A stretch of 63,924 nucleotides of DNA, filler included, from Folioceros fuciformis (Eukaryota), in NCBI GenBank assembly GCA_049999805.1. It is 10 parts of 10 records of this genome, joined end to end, with 100 filler letters (N's around TTAATTAATTAA, not from the genome) between each part and the next. Parts side by side here need not be neighbours in the genome. Positions count along the whole stretch, not along the records: positions 24,564 to 34,630 come from JBNGIO010003021.1; positions 34,731 to 40,997 come from JBNGIO010003025.1; 8 more parts are not named here. The stretch is one strand, 5' to 3'. The notes under the pieces were generated by a model. That model made no database searches, was not told the DNA's origin, and saw nothing but the letters and a program-made list of their open reading frames with translations. Positions 24,897-37,217 of this stretch are shown piece by piece. A program made the translations under genes and the position numbers. How positions within the stretch are numbered: position 1 is the first letter of the stretch; every line of letters begins with the position of its first letter.

Positions 24897-26051
24897 CAAG
24901 CACCCAGCAAGGAAGGTACACCTTGTTTCAACATTCGATCTCTTATCCGGGTTCTTCCACACTGTGTGCTCACCAATATAAAGATCCTAGGCTGCGGCGG
25001 GCCCAATTGTTCCTGATGATATATACAGGTTCGTCCTCATGTGCATCGCAATCAGCATCAACGTTTTGATGATCATTCCTAGGATCGCAAGGCACGTAGT
25101 ACTGGGAGTGGTGATGAGGGACAGCTTGTAACAAGGGGAGTCAAGAGAGAAGCAGTGGCTGTGTTGAGAAAGCATGCATCTTTGCTGGTCACAGTGGACG
25201 GAGAAAAGGATGGTCGTCAGCAAGGGTAACTGCTACCAATGCAATGGTTAACACAACATAACGACGCTCCGCATAGGTAATGAGAAATGTGTACGGTTGA
25301 AGCCACTTTCCCCATCCTGGATGGAGTGATGTTTCAGACTAGTCGAGAGGCTGTCCATGCCAAACAACTCTCGATGCTCCAGTCTCACACACTCACGGAC
25401 AATGGCACTTAGGAAGCGCAGATGCATGCGGGCGCTGCCGTCAACGTGTCCGTCCGCAGACACTACTCAATGGACCCCTTCAAAGGCTTCAAATCCATGG
25501 GTAAAGGTGCCCTTTCCAACTTTCACGCTGTGGCTTCCCTTACATGGACGCTGCTCCTGGTGGAAGCGATGTTGCTGATGGGAGGATCTGGGCCTCGTGT
25601 AGCCAGAGAACATCCATCCATCCATCCTGTGTCTGCACTTGCTGGCCGGTTCAAGCATGGACTTCTGATGCACACGGCCAATATGAGCTGCTCTCGAAGG
25701 ACTGCTCACTGACTCCCCATGATCTTGGTACCCTGTTCCCGCTGGAGTAGCCGAACTGCCAGCAGTGCAGCACTCAGCAATCTCGTCATGCTGCGTAACT
25801 GCAATGCTGTCATGTACGACAGCGGGCATCCCTCAAGGGGGGGGTGATGGCTGCCAGCTTGCTGTACGTGAGGATGGCAACGCCGTCGCGATCAACGATA
25901 TTCAAGGCGTCGCCATGTGGCTCAGCGTACAACGAAGATCTGAAGAGAACGCCATGTGATAAGGTAGAGCTGCACAAATCATGTCTCGAAGTATCGATGC
26001 AGCGAAAATAACTCTAGAAGAACATCCTGTGAGCATTGACCGTGCGCACTT

Positions 26052-29000
26052 TTATGTACCTGCCGTGCTTACTTGCAAACAGTCATGCCTCTCATGACCA
26101 ACCAAGAAGCTATGGACTAGGCCATCCTTGTCTGTCCACCAGCTCTGACCTGGTCGCTTCCTCGCCCTGGTTCTGTGTCCTCTTGATGAAATCTTCCCCG
26201 CCTGCTGCCACATTTGGGCACCGGCGTAGATGTTTGACATCAACAAATATGCTGAGGCGTCTTCCTTGTCCAACTTCATTCGTTCATTGAAAACATGGTG
26301 TGCAACCTCCACATTGCTCCACGTTCGGCAAGCACTTAATAGGGTGCTCCAAACTGTAGCATCAGGCAGTACTGGCATTGTGCTAACCAAATCTAGTGCC
26401 TCCTCCAGCAGCCCTGCACGACCCAGTAGATCCAACATACATTTGTAGTGGTCCTTAGTGGGGGTGATTCTGTACTGTCTCTTCATAGCGTCGAAGAACT
26501 CCCGCCCCTTTTGGACGAGGCCCGCATGACTGCAAACTGTGAGCACACTGACCAGTGTGATGCCATCTGGCTGCACAACATCCTCTCTCATTCTCTGAAG
26601 CAAGTCAAAGACCATTTCACTATCTCCATGACAGGTGTAGCCTGCGATAAGCGCATTCCAGGCGACAACATCTCTATCAGGCAACGCATCGAATGACTGC
26701 AGTGCTTCAAGCATGCTGCCACACTTTCCGTACATATTTATCAAACTACGGGCTATAAACACATCAGTTTCAAACCCTTGTTCAACAATCTGAGCATGTA
26801 TCTGCCTTCCAACACTGAGAGCCGCCACATTTGCACATGCCTGCAGTAGGCACACAAACGTGATAGAATTGGGTGCAGGCAGGCCTTCTTCTTGCATAGC
26901 ACTGTAGAGACGAAGGGCATCCTGCCCCATGCCCTGCTGGGCATATCCAGTTATCATGGCAGTCCAGGTTACCACATCTTTCTTACCAAGTCCATGAAAC
27001 ACTGTTTGAGCATCCTCCAAGCTGCCACACTTCGCATACATGTTCACCAAACTGCTGCCAACAAACACATCATCTTGCTGTCCTCTTGCTCTGATTTCTG
27101 CATGAATATGCTTCCCGGTCTCCAAGGCCTTGGAGCCCACACTGGCACATGCCTGGAGGAGGAACAGAAATGTTACGTTCCCCGGGACACTGATGCCTTC
27201 TTCTTGCATAGCAGTGTAGAGATTCAGGGCTACCTCCCCTTCACCCTGCTGTGAATATCCTGCTATCATGGCAGTCCACGTCAGCACATCCTTATGATCA
27301 AGGCTGTCAAAAACTATCTGAGCATCGTCCAAGCTGCCACACTTCGCATACATGTTCAGTAGACTGTTGGCCACTAACACATCCGCTTGGTGTCCTCGTT
27401 CTCTAAGTTCCACATGAAGATGCCTCCCCTTTTCCAAGGCTGAGGAGCCCACGCTCGCACATGCCTGCAGGAGGCACACATATGTCACAGTAGTAGGCGC
27501 AGCCATGCCTTCTTCTTGCATAGCGCTGTAGAGATGAAGGGCTTCCTGTCCCATGCCCTGCTGCGAATATCCTGCTATCATTGCAGTCCATGCCACCTCA
27601 TTTTTTTGATTAAGTCCGTCAAATACTTTCTGAGCATCTTCCAAGCTCCCGCACTTTGCATACATGTTCACCAAACTGCTTGCCATAAACACATCACTTT
27701 GCTGTCCCATTTCTCGAATTTGCGTATGGAGATGCTTGCCCTTCTCCAATGCTGGGTTGCCCACGGTTGCACACGCCTGCAGGAGGCACACATATGTCAC
27801 AGAATCGGGCACAGCGACGCCTTCTTCTTGCATCGCGCTGTAGAGATGAAGAGCTTCCTGCCCCATGCCCTGCTGTGTGTATCCTGCTATCATGGCGGTC
27901 CACGTCACCACATCTTTGACAGCAAGTCCGTTGAACACAGTTTGCGCCTCCTCCAAGCTGCCACACTTTGCATACATGTTCACCAAACTGTTGGCTACAA
28001 TCCCATCCGCTTGATAACCCAGTCCCCTAATTTGCATATGAAGCTGCTTCCCCATCTCTAAAGCCAGGGAACCCACATTCACACAAGCCTGCAGCAGACA
28101 CACAAAGGTCACCGGATTTGGCACCGTCGAGCCTTCATCCTGCATCGCACTGTAGAGACGAAGGGCGTCCCACCCCATACCGCGCTGGGAGTATCCTGCG
28201 ATCATGGCAGTCCATGTCACAACATCTTTTTTACTAAGTCCGTCGAACACTTTCTGGGCATCTTCCAAGCTGCCACATTTTGAATACATGTTCAACAAAC
28301 TGTTGGCTATAACCAAATCAGCCTCATGTCCTCGTTGTCTGATTTGAGCATGAAGCTGCTTCCCCTTCTCCAACGCGTGGGCACCCACTCTTGCACATCC
28401 CTGCAACAGGTTGACAAATGTAACACGGCTGGGTACGACCATGCCTCCCTCTTGCATAGCATTGTAGAGACGAAAAGCTTCCAGTCCCCTGCCATGCTGA
28501 GCACAGCCTGCAATCATGGCATTCCACGTTACAACATCTTTCTGACGAAGCCCCCCAAAAACAGCCTGCGCATACTCCAACCTTCCACACTTGGCATACA
28601 TGTCCACCAGGCAACTAGACAGGAACGAATTAGGTTCCACGCCGTAAGCCAACACATCTGCGTGCACCTGCTGTCCAGCTTTCAAGTCCCCGCCCCTTGC
28701 ACAAGCCTGGAGGGCCGCGACAAACACATGCCTATCTGGCATAGCACCGGACATGCACATGGCATGGTAGAGCTGGATGGCCCGCTTGTCTTGTCCATGT
28801 CTAACGTGGGCCGAAATTATCGAAGACCACATGAAGGCATCTGGATCAGCAACGGAATCAAACACATCCATTGCCTCTCGCAACCTTCCATGAGAAACAT
28901 ACATCCGCAGGATGTGATTGCACAGGAACGTGTCCGACTGAAATCCCCGCTCCACCGTGAAAGCATGGACCCGGGTACCTTGGACGAGATCCCTCTCGGC

Positions 29001-29258
29001 CACACATTTCTTCAAAACGTTGTAAAATAGGGATCTGGGAACAGAGCAGCAGTCGCTATGCAACAGAAGCTCCAAGGCATCCACAGCCTGCGTGATGGTC
29101 CCCTCCTCACACAGCTTGCTCACGGCTTCAGCCGTTACCCTTCCGTTGTGCGCCAACGCCTGCTTCCCTGCTAAAGTCAGGCGAGCGGAAGCTCTCCCTA
29201 CAATATCCATGGACGCGCCAGCGATGATACCTCGAAGGAGCCCGCGACACCATCCCAA
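26052..29258 (-). CDS. PLS-class PPR protein with E1/E2 and WW-type PG box, DYW catalytic domain absent (organellar RNA-editing factor)
   Basis: Intronless frame (first in-frame ATG 29210); seven P-L-S triplets plus P2-L2-S2, E domains, ending RKRPGQSWWTDKDGLVHSF. Confidence 0.96.
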   Translation of the reverse strand: MGWCRGLLRGIIAGASMDIVGRASARLTLAGKQALAHNGRVTAEAVSKLCEEGTITQAVDALELLLHSDCCSVPRSLFYNVLKKCVAERDLVQGTRVHAFTVERGFQSDTFLCNHILRMYVSHGRLREAMDVFDSVADPDAFMWSSIISAHVRHGQDKRAIQLYHAMCMSGAMPDRHVFVAALQACARGGDLKAGQQVHADVLAYGVEPNSFLSSCLVDMYAKCGRLEYAQAVFGGLRQKDVVTWNAMIAGCAQHGRGLEAFRLYNAMQEGGMVVPSRVTFVNLLQGCARVGAHALEKGKQLHAQIRQRGHEADLVIANSLLNMYSKCGSLEDAQKVFDGLSKKDVVTWTAMIAGYSQRGMGWDALRLYSAMQDEGSTVPNPVTFVCLLQACVNVGSLALEMGKQLHMQIRGLGYQADGIVANSLVNMYAKCGSLEEAQTVFNGLAVKDVVTWTAMIAGYTQQGMGQEALHLYSAMQEEGVAVPDSVTYVCLLQACATVGNPALEKGKHLHTQIREMGQQSDVFMASSLVNMYAKCGSLEDAQKVFDGLNQKNEVAWTAMIAGYSQQGMGQEALHLYSAMQEEGMAAPTTVTYVCLLQACASVGSSALEKGRHLHVELRERGHQADVLVANSLLNMYAKCGSLDDAQIVFDSLDHKDVLTWTAMIAGYSQQGEGEVALNLYTAMQEEGISVPGNVTFLFLLQACASVGSKALETGKHIHAEIRARGQQDDVFVGSSLVNMYAKCGSLEDAQTVFHGLGKKDVVTWTAMITGYAQQGMGQDALRLYSAMQEEGLPAPNSITFVCLLQACANVAALSVGRQIHAQIVEQGFETDVFIARSLINMYGKCGSMLEALQSFDALPDRDVVAWNALIAGYTCHGDSEMVFDLLQRMREDVVQPDGITLVSVLTVCSHAGLVQKGREFFDAMKRQYRITPTKDHYKCMLDLLGRAGLLEEALDLVSTMPVLPDATVWSTLLSACRTWSNVEVAHHVFNERMKLDKEDASAYLLMSNIYAGAQMWQQAGKISSRGHRTRARKRPGQSWWTDKDGLVHSFLVGHERHDCLQVSTAGT

Positions 29259-31706
29259 CCTGACCTGTGTGCCCAGTTTGTGTCACAAGAAGCTCGAAAC
29301 GACAGCAATTGGGACAAGGGAATCGTCCTGGTGGTTGGTGCTTGTGTGTTGCAAGACAGAATGAGCATCCCTGTCCTCGTAATGAATTTTGTGGTTTGCG
29401 GCACGATGGCATTCGAGAACGGAAAGCTGAACACAATTTTGACATCAGCAGTTCGCAGGAGTGTCGAACTCCAGCCACCTCGGAGAACTCCAGATGTCTT
29501 GTCTGGCCACTACACCTTCACGGTTGTGTTAACAGCGCGGAGCGTGGTTGCTGCTGCTGAACATGTTACCAACTCTGAACCTTTCCACATCCGACATGCA
29601 GGAGCCGGAATGGCAGTAGAAGCGACCCGCCTGAGCCTTTCCATGGCCTCCGCCATATGTTGCCACAGCGCGAGTCTGTCCACAGCCTGAGCTGGTGGGA
29701 AAATGTTCAGGAAGCTCCTGTGTGTGACATCTTCACGGCCCAAACTCCAAGCCAACTCGCCATATCTAAGCGTCCCTCCTAAACTCCACGGTGTAGAACC
29801 TCACCTGTTTCTTTGTTTGCTTCTCTTCATTCTGAAAGGGCTTGCAAGCAAGCAAGCACGCCAAGGAAAGAGAACGAAACCGGTGTCAAACGGGGATCCG
29901 TAGACCTGTCTCTAGTCGATGTACGAAAGAAGCTCCGAGGAGATCTGCAGCCTGACCCACGCTCCCCCACCTCACAACGGTCGCCCAGGGCCGTACCAAA
30001 CACCCTCCTGCCGTTGTGCCAAAACGTGGCTTCCACCTTCAAGTCAGGAGCGGAATCTGTTCCCACAATAACCATTCACGCGGTAACATCACACGAGAAC
30101 TCAGTACCCGATATCGAGGTTCAAACAATTCATCAATGGACTCACGAAATTTACTAATTCATCCGGGTTCAATGATCTTGACGCCAAGAACTTAGGTCAC
30201 GGAGGATGGGAGAGCATGACAGAATTTCATCACCACGTATAGGTTTCAATCAGAAGAGTCGCACTATCCACGTGCAAAAGGGAGGCCAAGCTAAAGGGGA
30301 AAAGGAGGGAATGTATAAAGTTGAACCCAACTAGTCTATCTATAACCCAAAATCTCCTAGAGACAAGACATAGTGAGTGAGAACAAACATGGCATACAAA
30401 AACCAACACACTCACCAGCAAGGCTGTAGCAAGCCTAGATAAAGCATAAACAAGACAAAAGAAAGACAATGGAACTCTTCAATCCATATCTTGTGGACAA
30501 ATTAAGTCTCTGCATTGATGGCATATTTATTTGTCTCTCAATTTCTCTAGTGGCCCTTAGGAGGAAGGACATCTAGATAAGAGTTCATTGGAGCTCCCCA
30601 TTCAAGCTATCATCTCTATGTTAAGATTTATGGCTCTTTGAAGCCATGGCATCTAGACATGGGTTAGAGATCTTCACTAGTGGTTCAAGTGCATGAGGAC
30701 TCCGAGGAGTACCAAATTCCTCCCATGATCTACAAACCCTTTTGGGTGGCTTGGACAAGTGCTTAGATGGAATGACAAACTTCCCACTTAAGCATGCACC
30801 CTTAGGGTGGATTAGTGCTCTGATGAGGTGCTTCAACCGACGGCACCTTTTCTACCTTGTTGTCATACTTTATTACTCATGTACGTATGGTTCATTAGTT
30901 AATAAATATTCACACCACACCACATTGTACATATTAAACATTGCACAACGAGGCTGAGATGAGGCACCACAATTTCTGGCACTTGCATCTACATTTCTTA
31001 GAACTATAGCTTGGCTTCTCCAATCCACAACTTGGTCGTGCTCAATATGCGGCTTCTTCAATCCACAATTAAATTATGTGGTCTTGTACATTGGATTTTC
31101 AACAAGAGAACGCACTTACAAGAATATGCACTCAGAACAATAACTAAGAGAATATAAGCTTACAGTTACACCTACAAGCTTATAGTTACACCTACACCTA
31201 TAGTAGACACTGCTAAGCTAGGCTTTTATGCAAACTGATGCAAATCATCGTGCTTTGCATGATATGCATTACACACAACATGGATTAGTTCTCCAATAGG
31301 CTGCCACCTTACCTTTCTCCTAAGGCAATGCAAAGAGAGACTCGATGTAAACTAGAGAGACTCGATGTAAACTTCTGGTTGCATGTGTGAGTGTGTACCA
31401 AGCTTGAGCTTAGAAGTGTTAGGGAAGTCCACACTGTCACATCGCCCTTGGTTGGTCGAATTCAAGGAAGGTTCCGTCCAAACCGTACGACGTGGAGGCT
31501 CACATGTTTGTTTGCATATTTGTTTGTTTGCTCAAAAGAGCCTGCGTTTCGTAAGGCAAGAGGGTTTATCCGAGACAGGAAATTGAGAGAGCATTAAGGA
31601 GGAGGAGGTGGGAAGACTAATATATTGGTTTATAGCGCGCGTGGATGAGGCTTTCAGACGCCCCCGCATCCAGTATCTTGCCAATCTGGAGGGCGTGGCA
31701 TCCACG

Positions 31707-33579
31707 ATGTTCGTGAATCTGGCCCCTCCAGCATTGCCTCTCCAGCAGCAGAATTCCAGTCTGTTCCTCGTTGCGACCTACTCCCGCATCTCGGCAGCGG
31801 GCATTCGAAGCGGAGCAGGCCCGGCTGGGCATGCTCATGCTCGCAGCACCAAGGGCTCGCTCAAGACCTGGTTGCGGAAATTCCCGGCTAGCCTCAGCGG
31901 CCTGCAGCTGCTGCATGTGGATTCGCTGTCGTCATCGCACGGCAGGGGATCCCAATTCCCGACTTTCAAGCCCGGCCATGGCGTTGTGCGAACCACAGCC
32001 CAGAGCTCAACTCCCCAGGCCAGTCGCCGCAATGTCGCGCACTGACGCACTTCTTGGAATTCCACCTTTCATCTTGTTCCACTCACACCCGCCGGGGCGT
32101 GCTGCAGGCTGCGTCTGGGAACGAGCAGCAGCGGCAGCAGAAGAGCCGGCAAATGCAGAACAGGATTGTGTTTGGGATTGGCATTGGGGTAGGTGTTGCC
32201 GGAGCTGTGCTTGCCGGGGGCTGGCTTTTCACGCTTAGCTTGTCAGCGGCTGTTTTGGTGGCAACAGGGGAGTACTTTGATCTTGTGCGGAGCAAGGGTA
32301 TTGCCAAGGGCATGAAGCCTCCACCTGTTATTGCATCGAGAGTCTGCTCTGGGATTTGTGCAGCCATGCCACTCATGACGTTGTATGTCCAGGTTCTTAT
32401 GTTCCCCCCTTTCCTAACCTCGAAGCTCTGGCCCAGGTCCATTTCCTTCTGTCTCCTGCTCTCCAGGGCATGCCGACTATAGGGCAATGTACGTTTACTG
32501 TAGTGAGTGGGAAGTAACCAAGTTGGCTCTCCCAAAACTTGTAGGTATTTTGGCGGTCGTGTCGGAGTGGCCTTGACAACAGCCTCCTTCTTGATGGCCA
32601 TGATGCTCCTTCTTGAGAAGGATATCCCACACTTTTCGCAGCTCACCAGTGCAATATTTGGGTTGGTTTATCTTGGCTACCTTCCAAGCTTCTGGATTAA
32701 ACTGCGATGTGGCCTTGCTGTCCCTGCTCTTCACACAAGTAAGTTTTCCATGGGCGTGAAGGTTGCCAGCTCTCCTTTGTCATTGCCTGATGAAACGTTT
32801 CGTTGAATCACAGAGGTTGCGGAGAGTTGGCCCCTCCTACTTGGAGGACAGTCTCACTGGACTGTGGGACTGGTTGCTACTTTAATCTCATTTAGCTGCA
32901 TCATAGCTGCAGACACGGGCGCCTTTATCGGTGGTAAGGTGGGAAAGATGTCGCCTGTTTATTGAATGTTCTCTTTTCTGGTTGTGCTTCTTCTAGATCA
33001 TCCATGTGACTAAATCGAAGATTGTACGCAACAGTCATTCGGGAAAACTCCTCTCACTCATGTTAGCCCCAAGAAAACCTTGGAAGGGGCTGTTGCCGGA
33101 TTAAGTCTAGCTGTTGGAGTGACGGTGCTGCTTTCACACTTGCTCCAATGGCCGGCGTCGTTGTTCAGGTTTTGTGCCTGCTCTTCTCTGGCTCCAAGAT
33201 AGTTGCTCTGTGTTTGATGGTCTGACGCTTGGTGTATGCCTCTTTCGAGCAGTTCCGCAGCCCTTGCGATGCTGGTCTTCTTAGCATCCCTATTCGGTGA
33301 CCTCACCGAATCCATGATTAAGCGGGATGCGGGTGTGAAGGACTCCGGGCGTCTGATACCCGGCCATGGTGAGTGTGATAGTGATCCGTGACTGTTTTTT
33401 TTGGGCGTTTTTTTTTTCTTTGTCACTGTGCGTCCGAGAAGCACAGGTTGTGGCAAGAGAGTGATGAACACAATCTTTGTGGCGTAGGTGGTATACTCGA
33501 TCGCGTGGACAGCTATATTTTCACGGGGGCTCTTGTCTACTCCTTCGTCAAAATAGGGCTCCCACTTTTCGGTGTTTGA
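31707..33579 (+). CDS. Phosphatidate cytidylyltransferase (CDP-diacylglycerol synthase), plastid type (CDS4/5-like), 7 exons
   Basis: Exons ~31707-32018, 32108-32382, 32545-32738, 32814-32938, 33035-33168, 33253-33368, 33488-33579. Motifs [48 protein letters not shown]; Ser/Ala-rich transit-peptide-like N-terminus. Confidence 0.93.
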
Positions 33580-34730
33580 GCTGTACTGCGGGGAAATGAT
33601 ACATCTAGTTTTACTGCAGTCCGACTGGAGGCACCCAGCCAAGCTGCTCGTCTTAGCGTTGAGGTACTGAGGCAGGTAGTGCTCAACGCCATCCATGGCC
33701 ACAAGTCATCGTCGGCGCATCCTTGTTGCTCGCGCAGTCACACGGTACGAAGGTAACTGGATCACCTTCCCGGCTGCGTTTCAAGCCCTGTATGGATTGT
33801 GTCAACAAACTGGTGTGCTCTCTAGTCATTCCAGCTTTCTCCGTTTCAGAAGACTGAAACTGGATCACAACCTCTGTGACGCACACTGAAATTCTATGCC
33901 CCTAGTCACTAGGCGTCTGCTGGCAGCTTGTAGCTTGTGATGGGTCCAAGCGTGGGAGCATCTTAGGGAGGGGACTCATTGGCTCAATGATGCTGTCTCC
34001 AAGGTGGTGAGCCTAGCCTAGGGTTATGATGTTTCACCTGCCCTGTGTCTCTCCAATCAGACACCAGCTGCTCCGATTTTACCATTTTTTATCTTTTCAG
34101 TTCATCTGAAATGTGATTGTGAGGTCACTGACTTCCCTATAAATAAACCTCCGCCTGCTGTGGTGTGCTGTGAGCCAGTGACAGGTGAGAGCCGTTCACT
34201 GTCTGGCCACCGCTGTGCTTGGTGACTTCTGTCTGGCCATCACCGACGTCTCTCCTCATCTCGTCTCCGTGATTTGATGTACTAGTTGTATTTGGAACGC
34301 TCTTCGGTAAATAATCTGGCCACTTGCTGACGCCCAATTGCGTGCAAGAAACCCATCCGCGTTCCTACCTGGAAACTGAGATTGTGCACGTGAGCCAACG
34401 ATTGAGCTCCATCCCGGTTGCTGTCCAAATGTAACCACAATCCTGTGCAATGTTCCACCGTACTGGATACCTTCAGGCGACGACAGACACCCTTAAGCAA
34501 CGACGCTAGCGAATCAATCCCGACGAAGATCTCTTGTGAAAACGGACAAACGGACAGTACCCGAGTACCGACGCGTTGAGTTGACGCTAACCCTGGTTGT
34601 CCGCCATTTGACCCGACACGGGCGAAACTGNNNNNNNNNNNNNNNNNNNNNNNNNNNNNNNNNNNNNNNNNNNNTTAATTAATTAANNNNNNNNNNNNNN
34701 NNNNNNNNNNNNNNNNNNNNNNNNNNNNNN

Positions 34731-37217
34731 GGATAACAGCATAGCAATACCATATGGGAGTCTTAGGGGGCAACCACTGCTTTGTAGCCATGCAGAAACT
34801 CCACCAGATGTTCCCCGCGGAAGATAAGTATGAATGGATGGAACGGCACGTGTATGCTGGGTTGACAGAGGAAGAGATGAGGGTTCTCGTTGTCGACCAC
34901 AATGTCTATGCAGACAAGAGGAAGAGGATGGGGTTCATTGAGTAGGTGCAATACATCCATGACGAGCTTGATATTTTTTTTCTAGAATCATTCAGTGGAA
35001 GAGAAGCCGCCAGTGAAGTGGAAGTTCAACCTGTACAGGTTGCTAGGTATGACTGACGAAGGTGGAGATCCTCACGACACAGACAGGGTGCAGAAGATGG
35101 TGGATAGGCAGACCTTGCCATATTGAGTAGCCAGATGCTCTGGGGTTCTTTGGGACAATGTGGACAAGATCTTCAGAATGTGGGAACAGGGTGAGCTGCC
35201 AGAAGAGCACGGTAACAGCAGGGACCACAAAGAGGGCAAAGGCAAAACGTATAGGAGATTCTGCCTTACAAAGTTCTGTTACCCAAGTGATGGAAGATAG
35301 CAGCAGGAGGCCAAGAGCGATGGAGGGCAGGCCATGGAGAGCCTTTCAAGGTGTCCCAACAGGTGTGAAAGGAGAGGAGATGTTGATAGCGGTGACATAG
35401 AAGGTCATTCAAGGCAAGCTTCAGTTGAGAGACATGGACACTGAAGTCAAGAAGAAGAAGAAGATTCATCTGATATAACATGCCTTCCGACTGGCCATGA
35501 AGTGTGACATCTTTGAAGAAGTAGAAGAGATCTACCCAAAGCATACAGAAGATGGCCATCTTCTGAAATTCCAGATAGCCTTTGCCAAAGTGGTAAGTTT
35601 TTGCTGTTATTTTCCTTACCCCTAATGTAGTGCATTAGACTAGAGTGCGCCGGTCTACCGGCGCCCTCTGGTCCTGCATGGGCAGCAGTGCACCGGTAGA
35701 CCGGCGTATTGCTGTCGGCTGGAGCTCCAGTGCGCCGGTTACCGGCACACTTGGGTAGCCGGCTTGGGCAAAAGTGCGCTGGTAGACCGGTGCACTAGGG
35801 CAACCTTCGCGGGATACAGTGCGCCAGTAGACCGGGGCACTAGAGCAACCTTCGCGGGATACAGTGCGCCAGTAGACCGGCGCACTTCCCCCACCACGGG
35901 CTCCAGTGCGCTGGAAGACCGGCGCACTCATGTCTGCTGAGGTTAAAGTAGCTTAATCGGTAGCCAAACTAACGTCTACTATTCTGGTTGCAAAAACCTT
36001 CAGATATAACAGACTTGGAGTCACTGCCGAAACCATTCCAGGATTTCATATATTCGGTGAAAAACTGGAAAAGGATGGAAGAGGAGAAGCAGAAGCTGGC
36101 AGCAGCTGATATGGGATTATCGGATTATCGGATTCGCAGGGTTATCGGATTTTCGGGTTCCGGCGAGTAACTCAAAGGTAAAATACCAGGTTATTCAAAG
36201 GAATGTACTCGAAATGAAGGCATTTCTTGTCAAACGCCCCTATATGCTGCTATTTGCAAACTTGCCTCGAGGATTACAAAGGCATGAGTATGACAAGCAA
36301 ATGAAGGTAGCCGAGTTAGATGAAATACTTCGAGGGTTCAGTGAGTGCACTTCAAGCAATATTTTTAGAGTTATTCTAATGCACGGAGTAGATATGATTT
36401 CGGAAGCAAGGGAGGCACTACGGCCATGGTGCAAGAATAGGAGCATTTAGACACTGGTATGAGAGAAGACAAAAATACCCCCAAACGCAGGAGCAGTGGA
36501 AAGAGTTGAATATGTCACTGTTGGGAGTGCAGTTCAAACAGAGGCTCAAGAATCGAAGGCTGCACTTTTTGCGAATCAGGGATTTCTCTTACCAAGGGTT
36601 ATAAGGCATGGAGCGGTGGGGAAGAAGCACCTTTTCCATTCAGCAGATGCGCATGTCATCTCCCCTTACCAAGAACCATTAGGGTTGATGAGTATGCTTA
36701 TTAATATGTTTTCTTGTGAAGGGGACTAGGTGGTTGATGCATGCGCAGGCTCAGGATCTCTTCTCCAAAGTGCAATTCAGCATGGAAGGCATGCAATGGC
36801 TATGATGTGGATGTCAGGTGCACTTCATATATTATGCAGCGGATTTTCGGGCTAGGGTCTTTGCTTGACGCACATGAGGAGATTACAATAAAGTCATTTA
36901 CACGAGGCCCCTCAAAGTTTTGGGTGAAGGAAGTGTGCAGTGATGGTAGCATGGATTGCAAACTGATGGTGTTCAGTATGTTGAGCAAGAAAGGAGAGGT
37001 TATATCCCATATTGATGATAGGCCCGTAGAGGACCTTTACGCCATCACTATCTGGGATGAGAATTGTACTTTGCCGCCCCAAACTACAGAGGACTCCAAC
37101 TTCTTGTTGCTACGAGTTGGTGCCGATGACTTTGGCGATATGGATGCACAACGGCTGAGAGATTTAGATGTAGTTGTGGATTCCGAAGCCAACAAGGACG
37201 ACCCAGTTTTTGTTTGA
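34731..37217 (+). pseudogene. Degenerate ParB-like domain + N4C/N6A-type DNA methyltransferase gene
   Basis: 34754: VLGGNHCFVA...VYAGLTEEEMRVLVVDHN (ParB/Srx-like GxHR-type motif). One frame 36214-36800 with stops: LLFANLPRG...TLV*EK...SPYQEPLGLMSMLINMFSCEGD*VVDACAGSGS...GRHA, then a frameshift to GYDVDVRCTSYIMQRI. Putative intron from gtaagt at 35593 to ~35990. Confidence 0.7.
35644..35928. repeat. Array of seven 23-24-bp palindromes separated by 18-21-bp spacers
   Basis: Consensus agtgcgccggtagaccggcgcact at 35644, 35687, 35729, 35773, 35818, 35863, 35905; a solo copy at 37280-37301. Confidence 0.93.

Noticed and set aside
26230-29030. Plus-strand ORFs such as 28326-29030 and 27516-28061
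   Set aside because: Antisense shadows of the repetitive PPR coding sequence.
31150-31372. Short tandem duplications (about 20 bp) upstream of the CDS gene
   Set aside because: Ordinary slippage duplications with no further structure.
22925-33579. Functional cluster of dioxygenase, PPR and CDS genes
   Set aside because: The dioxygenase is in a different linker-separated segment, and the functions are unrelated.
32083-33702. Minus-strand ORFs 32083-32646 and 33058-33702
   Set aside because: Antisense to the well-supported cytidylyltransferase exons; no motifs.
35644-35928. True CRISPR array
   Set aside because: Eukaryotic context, no cas genes, degenerate repeats, spacers only 18-21 bp and two nearly identical; reported as a palindrome array instead.
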